DNA of 50,917 nucleotides, taken from the NCBI GenBank assembly GCA_032718475.1, contig JAUCBJ010006738.1:1-50917 (forward strand), in the 5' to 3' direction. This stretch comes from Nemertoderma westbladi (Eukaryota; Animalia; Xenacoelomorpha). The notes beneath the pieces are model-generated. The model saw only the letters and a list, made by a program, of their open reading frames with translations, was not told where the DNA came from and searched no databases. Positions 12,993-22,700 of the stretch are shown one piece after another. Position 1 is the stretch's first letter. Each line of letters opens with the position of its first letter. The position numbers were made by a program, and so were the translations under genes.

Positions 12993-14198
12993 TTAGTCCT
13001 TCTTACGCGGACGGCATTTACGCAGTTTTTTGAGGCTAGCAAGAATCCTTTTCTCTTTGGGGCGAGCCACTTTACTAGGAGGGCTATAACTCCTGGGTGA
13101 AGGGTGCAATACAATTGCATCAGAAGGTTTAGGATTACGATCGGTGTATCTGCCGGTCAAGGTACCTGGTTGATCGATATCAACTTCAGTGGAGCGAGGT
13201 CTAACGGCCTTTAGGGCGCGTCTTAGGACAGCAGCTCCTACTGGTCCCTGACAAGTCATCTGGACAATAGCGGTAGGTGGACCGTGAGTGGTGAGAAACT
13301 TCCTCGGTTTAATGGTTCTTTCCAGCTCGCGTTCTCTGGCTCGATATTCGTAGGGCCGTCGAGATACTTCCTGTAACTCAGGGTGCGAGTTGATAAATAA
13401 ATCGCTATACTCAGGGTCTTGACGGATGAAATTGATCAAATGGTATGAATTAATATCATTAGGATTGACGTTCCTGAGATATTTTCGAACAAATTTGGTG
13501 GAAATACACTCACCAACACGCTTCATTAGTTCGTAACTCGGTGTGCGTGTTTTTTGTTCAACAGACGCGAATAGATAAGGATGGAACGCGTAAACTCCCT
13601 CGTAGGCGCGTCCAGGGTAATAGCGATGGCGTGACTCACAATGCAAATCCGCGTTCGCTTCCCAAGCTCGGATGTAGCGCAGGGTAATCATCTCATCTAC
13701 GCTTTCCAAATCGCGGTTAAAAGGGCAATTAAAACTGGCATGTCCTTTAAGTTGACAGTGGTGGCATTGAGTCATAAATTGGGGGCAGACTGCAAAAATG
13801 TGCGAGTTATTAAGTCTGCAATACGCACAATAGATCTCCATCATCGGTTGTTCATGGAAATAGGAGCAGGGTACGTCTGAGTCCATAGGGGTGAAATGAT
13901 CTCTCGATGCGCATAATCGGCAACGTTTTCGAGAAACATAGTTGGCGTGTCGATAATCGTATGCGGTGAGACATTGTGGACCTTGATACCACTCCAAGAC
14001 GTAATCGTTATCGCTGCTCCGGGGCGCTGTAGGCTGGATCGCTTCAGACTCTAAGCATATTGGTTCGTCTTCCAATTGCATAGCTGAGATAGGTGTGGCT
14101 GTCTCCGCAAGCGAACCCACTGTCTGAACTTCCACGACAGAATACCCGTGGGTATTCGAGGTCTTTGTATAACAGATGAATGTAAGTCCTGTATACAA
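12993..14198 (-). CDS. Accessory ORF segment with three CCHC-type zinc knuckles and a basic C-terminus
   Basis: 401 aa: CRLCASRDH..C, CAYCRLNNSHIFAVC, CHHCQLKGHASFNC (CX2CX4HX4C), ending KKLRKCRPRKKD. The annotated start is TTG, so this is probably a frameshifted continuation of the upstream ORF. Confidence 0.7.
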   Translation of the reverse strand: MYTGLTFICYTKTSNTHGYSVVEVQTVGSLAETATPISAMQLEDEPICLESEAIQPTAPRSSDNDYVLEWYQGPQCLTAYDYRHANYVSRKRCRLCASRDHFTPMDSDVPCSYFHEQPMMEIYCAYCRLNNSHIFAVCPQFMTQCHHCQLKGHASFNCPFNRDLESVDEMITLRYIRAWEANADLHCESRHRYYPGRAYEGVYAFHPYLFASVEQKTRTPSYELMKRVGECISTKFVRKYLRNVNPNDINSYHLINFIRQDPEYSDLFINSHPELQEVSRRPYEYRARERELERTIKPRKFLTTHGPPTAIVQMTCQGPVGAAVLRRALKAVRPRSTEVDIDQPGTLTGRYTDRNPKPSDAIVLHPSPRSYSPPSKVARPKEKRILASLKKLRKCRPRKKD

Positions 14199-14380
14199 AC
14201 GTCCTTGAAAAGGGCGAATCCCGCGCTATCTAACTTCTCCGCAGCTGAGTCTCTTAGGCTGAGTTTGGTCAGAGCGCGGTCCTTGAACTGACTATCAACG
14301 TTACGGAACGGAGTCAGAAAGCGCCTGAAACATTCGAAGCGGATGAATTTATTGTGTTCATCTAGCTTGGCGAGTTTAGT

Positions 14381-16369
14381 TCAAAGTATTAAGGGATGGG
14401 CGTGTATGGTACGACTGCACACATCGGCTAGCCAACCGGCAAGTATGGCGTTTTCAAAGATCATGTATATAGCTAAGGAGGGACGAAGTGGAACACTCAT
14501 AAAGCTGTACACGGCGCCAGGTGCGGTCAATGGTCCGTCAAAGTATAATCGAGAATAATGATCTCCATATACTTGTTGGTAGTTGATAGGATTTCCAACC
14601 TTGAAATTCCATCCGTATTCTTGAAAGGCAAGATGTCCGATGGAGGTTCGTTGTACTTTAGTGATGCCGCTAGGTGTATTTGCATACATAGTGCGGAAGA
14701 AACCTCGGCCTTCTGCCCAGGGAGCAATCAGCTGAGTATCGACGAAAGTGTATGGAATGTTTTCCATGTTCCGAAAGTCGTTTTGGATATCTCCATAAAC
14801 AGCTGAGCCGATTTTAAGGATTCTTTCGTTAAACAACATCTCGAGCACGGGCTGGGGTAACATCGATCCATCGATACCCATGGCCGGTTTGCGCTCGGTG
14901 TCGGTGACGTAACGCTGCGCGAGTTCGAATTGTCCATGTCGGAGTTTCTTTTGTGTCTCGGTAAGGGTCTCAAAAGAATAATCAATCACATCGGAACACG
15001 CTCGAGTAAATACGTGGGTAGAACCAGCTAGTCCTCGTATGTGTATCATTCCCGTAGTTCCCAGTTCTCCAATCGGAACGCTACCTTCGTTATCGTAAGT
15101 GACAACTCCATACATCTCGATAACGTTAAGAGTCTCATTCCACTCTTTAGTGGCATTTTCTAGAGTCATTCCCACTGGATGCCACAAGGTAGCGCATTCG
15201 CTAGCATTAGGTAGATCTCTATACTTTAAATATTGCGTATTATATGTCTCTACATCTCCATATCTTTGTATTCTTTCCTCCTTGAATAACACGTCGAGAT
15301 TCCAGTGTACTAATCGAGTTTTGATGAATCCATCAAGATTATACGGAGGTATTGTCTCTTTCTCTATCCTGGAAACATTATAGGGTTTTCGAAATGAGTT
15401 TACTTTAACTAACTGATCAAGATGTTTCTGCAGTTGTTCGAGTTCGACAAGATCGAGAGGATTTATTAGTGGTAGAAACCTCAGACTATGTGTAGGATCT
15501 TCCGGTTTTACCATGTAATATTGCGTTAGATTGACGTAATAAGGGTGATCTTTGATCCCATAAAACGAGTTCGGTAAAGGTCTAGCGCGTATGTTAACAT
15601 CGTGTACCATACGACAGACAAGATCCGCTCTATTGTCCGGAGGTTCAACGAGTATACCATCGACACGAGCGGCCTCGATTGGCAGACGTTGTAACATGGG
15701 AGTGTCAGCGATAAGATCTCGAGATCTTAGGTTGATATCAACCGGTTGAGGCTGTGCCGTGGCGAAGAGTTTGTCTCCGAAATGGGGAACCATCGAAGGA
15801 TGGATGATGGTTTTAGAATAGAGATCCGTCATCAGAATTTGAGCTTCTGGCTGGGCTAAAGCTGCTTCTTCTCTCTCATCCATTTCTATGTGTTTCTCCT
15901 CGAGCTGATTTTCCTCCGCTTGTTGTTGTAAACGCTCGTCTAGGAACTCTTGTAAAGAATAGGTTCGTCCACGTTCGATGTCTTCCTCGAGATCCTGGAT
16001 TTCTCTATTGAACTGGGGTAAAGCTAATTCTTTCACCGCTTGGACTTGTTGCTGCAATTTGCGTTTCTCTAAACAATCGTAAGCTCCTTTTCCGATTTTC
16101 TGCCGAATAGCGTCTAATGCGTTTCGTACAACGCTCTCTTTGACTTCAGTAACGGGTTGTATCGGGGTTAAGCCTGAATGGTTGTACGGGTTAAACGGCG
16201 ATATTAGATGACCGCGTCCTAATCCGGCTAGGTAGGGTTGGCGAATATCTAGTGAGCCCACTACCGGAGTGCCACCGATCAACTGTTCGGGTAACACAAG
16301 ATCTTTAAATAGTGAGTACAGTTCAGGGGGATCCGTTATACTATTAGGATCAAGCGTTTGAGGTCTCAC
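14381..16369 (-). CDS. Accessory ORF segment with DEDDy 3'-5' exonuclease domain (WRN-exo/RNase D/Mut-7/EXD-like)
   Basis: ExoI-like VVTYDNEG (~15084-15107), ExoII-like LPQPVLEMLFNERILKIGSAVYGD (~14787-14858), FVDTQLIA, SIGHLAFQEYGWNFK and ExoIII-like PLRPSLAIYMIFE (~14454-14492), in the canonical order. An acidic/Gln-rich coiled-coil-like stretch lies N-terminal. The annotated start is a GTG directly after an in-frame TAA. Confidence 0.78.
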   Translation of the reverse strand: MRPQTLDPNSITDPPELYSLFKDLVLPEQLIGGTPVVGSLDIRQPYLAGLGRGHLISPFNPYNHSGLTPIQPVTEVKESVVRNALDAIRQKIGKGAYDCLEKRKLQQQVQAVKELALPQFNREIQDLEEDIERGRTYSLQEFLDERLQQQAEENQLEEKHIEMDEREEAALAQPEAQILMTDLYSKTIIHPSMVPHFGDKLFATAQPQPVDINLRSRDLIADTPMLQRLPIEAARVDGILVEPPDNRADLVCRMVHDVNIRARPLPNSFYGIKDHPYYVNLTQYYMVKPEDPTHSLRFLPLINPLDLVELEQLQKHLDQLVKVNSFRKPYNVSRIEKETIPPYNLDGFIKTRLVHWNLDVLFKEERIQRYGDVETYNTQYLKYRDLPNASECATLWHPVGMTLENATKEWNETLNVIEMYGVVTYDNEGSVPIGELGTTGMIHIRGLAGSTHVFTRACSDVIDYSFETLTETQKKLRHGQFELAQRYVTDTERKPAMGIDGSMLPQPVLEMLFNERILKIGSAVYGDIQNDFRNMENIPYTFVDTQLIAPWAEGRGFFRTMYANTPSGITKVQRTSIGHLAFQEYGWNFKVGNPINYQQVYGDHYSRLYFDGPLTAPGAVYSFMSVPLRPSLAIYMIFENAILAGWLADVCSRTIHAHPLIL

Positions 16370-16429
16370 TTAGGAATGAGGAGGTCTGACCGAGTATTCC
16401 GGAACTCTGATCATGGGTTTATTCAAGGA

Positions 16430-17246
16430 TCATTTTAGTCGAGCGAGCGTAGGTGATACGTCGAACAGGTTTCGCTCGAAACTCCCATAAGTATATCGTG
16501 TAAAACTGTGTTTAGCGCAACGTCTCCGCGGGTGTTTATGTCTTTCCGTTTGCTGATTGGGTCTAGGGCATTCGTCGCAGTAATACCAAAGACCCACGTC
16601 CTGCAGGGGAAACGCGGGTGATCGTTCTCCAGTTTTACAATATTCCTCCATCTGTTCGAAGCTATCTGGGACGACAGGTAGCGGTCGATCGGCGGTAAGA
16701 TACATCATAGTGAAATAGAGTCGTTTGAGTTCTATCATAGGGTCATGATGTATACCTTGAGGATATCGAGTTTCTAGATTTTTTTTGACTGGCAATATTG
16801 AGATATGTTTCTCTCAGGAATTCCAGATAATCGTTGAAGTCGCTGCGTTTATCCGGCTCTTCAACGTCTTCCCTTTCGAGTCTGTTTCGAATAGAATTCT
16901 CGTGTTCTATTCTCGGTTTATCGTTCCGACTCTGCTGGGTATGATATTTAAATAAAACCATTTCCCTTTCGGTGTCTACATCGTCCGTATCGTGTAAATC
17001 GATAGGATGGCCAGTAGTTAAGAAGTCCATATACGTACCATTACGATGCGTATAGCGAGTGGTGAATTTTCTATAGTCCAATTCACGCGTAAGTTGCTCC
17101 TGGGACATTGGCGGTTCGATATAACGACCATCGTCCTCCGTAGTAGTTGGACCAGCGTCGCCGCGTATCAAGCTATCGACAAACGCTTGTAAAGTTAGAG
17201 TATATCGCTCCCTGATACCAAGATCATCTTCTATCAACTCAGTCAT
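16430..17246 (-). pseudogene. N-terminal part of the accessory ORF (ATG at 17246; 167 aa and 121 aa pieces joined by a 1 nt frameshift)
   Basis: The ORFs overlap across an A8 run (T8 on plus, near 16779-16786). The 121 aa piece is in the same frame as the 662 aa ORF and has a Cys/His cluster CDEC..HKH..CAKH. Confidence 0.6.
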
Positions 17247-18896
17247 ATCTGCTACATGAGTTTATCAATATTATAATGAGTTTATATTTAGGCTAGCGGG
17301 CGTCGCTGCGTACCCCTCTCTGCCCCCGGACAGTGCAAGATCCTCAGTGCCGATGTACTGTCGTCGCTGTGTTTTCGCCAACGTAGTAGCTACACAACGA
17401 CAACGATAACCGGCACAAGTCACTCCACTGTCCGTCCCAAAGGCTTAGATTTACTTCAGGTTCTTGCTGCAGAGTTAGGGCTACTTTCACAATTGCGACT
17501 CGCTACTGTAAACACACTTTAGTAGTAACATTCACCTATAAACGCACAAATTCCACACAACTGTCACAAATTGTACACATTCGGGCCATTTGTCCGTTAG
17601 TCAAGTGCCTTCCAAAATGCCACGTTATTATTATGTATCCTTGGATACTAGCAGTGCGCTATTTATTCCCTATGCTATTCAATGGGGCAAGCCTTCTATT
17701 GTTCTTTAACTCACTTCTAATTCTAGCGTGGTTGTTGCCATGGTGACATTATGGAAAGCTAGCAGTAGAATTAGGGTAATTCTCATGCATACAGATCTGG
17801 GATGCTATTTAATAGTAATTCTTTAATTGTCAATATCCCCTTTATACATGATTTTATAAATTTTATCGGCTATTGACCATATGTTGGAGATTCTCGCACA
17901 CTAATACACTTAATAGGGTGAATCTCCGCTCCCATGATCTATTAATTAATGGAATTTTGGGAATGTTATAAATTGTATAAAAATGACAATTTATCAAATT
18001 CATTAAAATATGAATTTAAATTTATTCCCGTAAATTTTATTATTTAATATTAAATGGACACAATTTTATTCCAGAGCATGTCTGGGGACTGGGATCCTTG
18101 AATCTAAGAAATTGGTCTTTTTAAGAATATCGGTAAGTGCTACGATATCTTAATAGACTAGAATTTTAAAGGATCTGAATTTGACAGACTTTATAAATAT
18201 TAATAATTAATATTTAAGATGGGCACCGGTTTATTCCAGAACTTGTCTGGGGACGTTAACCACTGATTCTAGAATTTTGTCTTTCAAGTATATCGGTGGG
18301 TGCCGCGATATCTTAATCGACTAGAATTACAGATGGTCAAAGGTTTTAACAGATTTATTTTGCGGTATACGCTACTGTTAAAGGGACATCACGCTACTAT
18401 ATGTATTATTTAATATACGGTATGAGAGCAATATCGCACGAAGCAATGTCAGTGAGAAGAGGCAAGTCGTTTCCAAGGTCTACCCAGAGCTTGGTTTAGC
18501 CGAGACACGAGGATCTGAATTTTGCATTCCTAATACTCTACTTACCAATAATACTTGAATATAGTAGGAGCTTTATTGTACTTTAATAAGTACTGATATT
18601 TCATCTTACTGTAGTCACGTATTTATAATGTAATACGGACAAGAGGAAAGGAAAGAGTAAGGAAAGAGAAAAAGAATTATTTCTCGCCGTCGCACTAAAT
18701 ATATAATATATAAGTAATTAAGTAATAAACACTAATATATATTGCACTAATCTACTAAATAATCGCTAAAATAACATTCTACTAAATAAAATTAAAGAAA
18801 ACGATTATAATAAAATTACATAATAATACATACATAAATATAAAATAATAAAAACAAATATAAAATAATATGGTCACACACCCACTCCAGACGCTG

Positions 18897-19741
18897 TTAC
18901 GTTGGGGAGTCCCTAGATGTTTGTTGGATTAGGGAGGTGGTCGTGGGAAGAGTATCTTGCCTTCCATAGTTTCCAGACAGTTCTCGGTCTCTTTCCAGTA
19001 AACATAAATGACCAACTGGGCGATTGAGTTGTTGTGTTTCGAATACAGTTCCAGGTTTCCTCTTCGTCCTGGAATAGTGACGATAGAAACATCGCTTCAA
19101 ATACACGACGGCCTTACAAAGCCGATTCCAGGATCTATAGTGGTCCATCGCTCCCGGCAGGAGAGGTGAGAGTCCCGGCGAGACGTCTGGTGTTCCAGAT
19201 CTCCAGTCACTCTCTCTGATCTCCACAACAGATCGGTTCGCGGTGGGGAAGTTTAGATCCGCAGCGTCGTCCCTGGCAATGTGTAGTACAGACAGATCTA
19301 TCACGGGTTTAAATAACCTTGATTTACTCGTCCGGGTTTTAGGTTTGACTTTCTCCGCTCCCTTGGCTTGTCTAATCTCAGCCGTGGTAAGATGGGGAGG
19401 CCATTCATCTTCTTTACTTAGGAAGTCGGGTCCACCTAACCAGTCTGGAGTATCTGTCAGTTCTTGAGGAGTTGCTCCTCTGGAAGCGATGTCGGCTAGA
19501 TTAATCGTCTCGGGGCAATATCTCCATTGATCTACATTGGAGTTAATATCGTCATTATCTGAGGAGTATGGTGTTCCCTCAGTTGGGTCGTCTACCTCAC
19601 TGCTCTCCGCTTCCCATTCACTTACTTGGTATACCTTTTCTTTTGGTAACCTTTCCATGAGAGTTCTACGGGAAGGGCCAGTAAAGTACCAACCTACTCT
19701 AGTTCTTCCCGCATAGGCTTGTAGTGGTTGCGGTTGTTATA
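18897..19741 (-). pseudogene. pol: BEL/Pao pol remnant lacking RT, most of RNase H and the integrase core
   Basis: The frame extends upstream of the annotated Met as QAYAGRTRVGWYFTGP (BEL post-protease T.LGW..GP motif). It then jumps to WRYCPETINLADIASRG..WLGGPDFL..WP (end of the BEL RNase H region), continues to YRSWNRLCKAVVYLKR (pre-integrase linker), and jumps to LNRPVGHLCLL (integrase C-terminal RP..L motif). No YxDD motif or DDE core. Confidence 0.88.
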
Positions 19742-19743
19742 TT

Positions 19744-22700
19744 TTATTGCGGCCGTTTCTCCAATGTCTCAAGCGCCTCATGCGCATTTTGGCCGATGAG
19801 TATTTGCACTCCAGGGTAGTCTGTGTTGAATCTAGGTATCTTAAGCTGCTGGGTGAAATCGTCCTCATCCCAGTTATAAGGTTCTACTTGGCTGGTAGCG
19901 AAGTTCTTTATCGCCTCCATTTTTACTGACCTTATACTGTGTTCTCCTAGTTCATCCTGGGGGGTGGACAACGCACCTACATAATAATCTGCTATTACTG
20001 TAGATTTCCAAACCTGCATAATTCCTGACATGTTTAACTTAGTTCGGAACTTGGGTTGTCCAGCAAAGATGTCTTCGGCTAGTTCTTTGTCGATGAATGT
20101 TCCTGTGCTACCGGAGTCCAGGAGGGCGTTCACTATATAACTCCTTTCAGGTCCGTGGACCCTCAACTGCACTACGGGAAATTCTCGGATTCCTACATTG
20201 GAAGTTGGTGCTTTCCAAGATGGTTGTCGGTCAGAAGTAGTTAGGGGGAGCTCGCTGTCGGTGTCCTTTTCATACGTAAGTGCTCGATACACTGTGGTAT
20301 TTATCAGGTAACAGGATTCGTTTTCGTCGGAGAATTCGTCCGTATAGAATCCTTCCATCTCAGAACTTTGGTCAGTGTCGTTCACATCACTGAATTGCAC
20401 ATGTAGTTCGGACTCACTTACCTGACTCGGGCTGTTTCGTTCGAATTCAGTGTGCAACAAGATATGATGTTTTGCGCCGCACTTCGCACACCTTGCGTCG
20501 GAGTAACAGGTTCGCCGTTGGTGTCCTTGTCTGAGGCAATTATAACACAACCGCTTATCCCACATGACTTCCCGTCTATCCTTTAATGATTTCTTTAGGA
20601 ATTCATCACACGCACTTAAACGGTGGGGCCCGTCGCACAGCACACATTTTGGTTTGATGTTACTTACCTTACTTTGGGTAACGTTATGCACACTCGTTCT
20701 TTCCTCGGGCTTTCTTACATGAATTCTCTTAGGAGACGTAGGAGGAGTTTTTCTTACCTGTTCTCTCCTGTCATTGGTTCGAGACTTGAATTTATTTACG
20801 TCCTTAGGCGCTTTGTTGTCATAGTAAGATCTTTCAGTGTCTTTCCCGCTGTCTTCCTCTTGAGAAGCCTGGCTTTCGCCGTCGTCTGTATAACACACTG
20901 GTATTACCTTTCTCATAGAAACGGGTTTCTCACTTACCTTATTTTCCAGTGTCTTCTCCCTGGACTGCTTTAGGAGCTGTAATTTTACCTCTCCATCTAA
21001 GAATGACATGAGATCAGCCATGGTAGGATCTCTTTGTTGTTGTTCCATCATATATAACACTTTCTTGTCACAGCGTGTACCTACTCCACCCTTGGGCAAA
21101 GTAGATGCTAAGGCTCCTACAACCATAGAATTCTGGTATTCATGAGACTTACCTAACCAATCTAGTTGTCTACAGATCTCCTGAATCTCGTCGGAAAACT
21201 CTATAATCCCGCTGCTAAGAAACTTTCGGGGCGTCATTAATTTCGCATATAAATACCTAGCTATGTTAGTCCTATTACCATACCTGATGTTTAGTGTATC
21301 CCAAACTTGTCTTAATCCATCTGGATGTCCAATAAACTTTAACGCCATTAACTTGGGAGATCCTTCCAAGCACTCGATGAGGAATATAAGTTTCTCTCCG
21401 TTAGATAGCACAGAGTTCTGTATGTTATCTTTGTAATATTCATTAAAAGGTAACCATTTCATCTCATCTCCATTGAACTTGACGATCTCTCCCACCTTTA
21501 CTGCTTGACGGGCTTCGGTTCTAGCCATTTGACGCGTAAAACATTCTTGGGCCATCGTGTTATTTAATATTGAGTTATCGGTATATAAATTTCTCGGATT
21601 ATGATCAGGTCTATATGGAATATCATTGTCAACAGGTTTATAATTACCCTTAATAGGGTTTACTATAGGAGTTTCCACTTCACTAGCAGTATAGATGCGT
21701 GTAGGCTCCACACCTTGCGTATGAAATACTTCAGACCTAACAGATTGACACATTGCTACAGGGGGTGGTGGTATACCCCTTTGTGTATTTACTAATTTAT
21801 CGCGTTCTAACACGATACTTTGCTGCACTTCTTGCAACTCTAACCTACTTTCCCTTACTGTTCCCTTAAACTGATGAACAGTCTCCTGCATCTGCCCGAG
21901 CAGGAGATTCATCCCCCGCCGCCCCTCATCCACCCACTCGACCGCTGAAGCGGGAGCTGCCAACATAGTAGCGGGCAGATGAGGGACAACGGGCGACAAA
22001 TCATTGATATTTCGCTCGGAGTCCAGGACAGGAACTATCTCAGGGGTTGTTCTGTGGGGCACAGGTAGTTTAGTGCTGTGCAAAGGGAATTTAGAGGTAG
22101 GTTCTGGGAGTACAGGTGTCTCTATCACTGAAGGGGTGGCTTCGAGAACAGGCCTAATTATTTCAGGGTCATCTACTATAGTAGGGAGTCTTTCTATTTT
22201 AATTATTTGGTCTGTGGGTTCTGTACTACCTAAGTCTGTGTTAGTTAGTTGCCTTCTAACAGCTGGGGGCAAATCAGGCAATTTCTGACGGTGGGACATT
22301 CTTCTACGTCTGCTTAGACGAGATCTATTTCCTCCGCCTTCAGGATCGGTGGTATCGCCTTCATCAGAGGATGTAAATCCCTGTCGTTTGGGAGTAGATT
22401 GTCTCATCATCTGCATTTGACTAGCTGTTAACTGTTTATTGAAGTTGTCTTGCCTCTCTTGAAGATTTTCCAACTCTAGTTGGGTTGTCTCTTCAGATGC
22501 CCTCCGTTCTGCTTCTGCCACTGCCGCTTTTCTTTCTGCTTCTGCTGCTTTTCTTTCCGCTTCTGCCGCTGCCACTGCCGCTTTTCTTTCCACTTCGGCC
22601 GCTTTTCTTTCCGCTTCTGCCTCTGCCGCTGCTGCTGTCTTTCTGTCTTCTATACGTTTTTTCTTTACTTGTTCTTCTTGAGCCTTAGCGATGCGGATGC

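Noticed and set aside
14205-14216. Programmed -1 frameshift at CCCTTTT into the knuckle ORF
   Set aside because: The heptamer is phased in the downstream frame rather than the upstream one, and an in-frame TGA precedes it.
12993-17246. env gene call for the ORFs downstream of pol
   Set aside because: No signal peptide or convincing glycoprotein/transmembrane architecture; the motifs fit an exonuclease and zinc knuckles instead.
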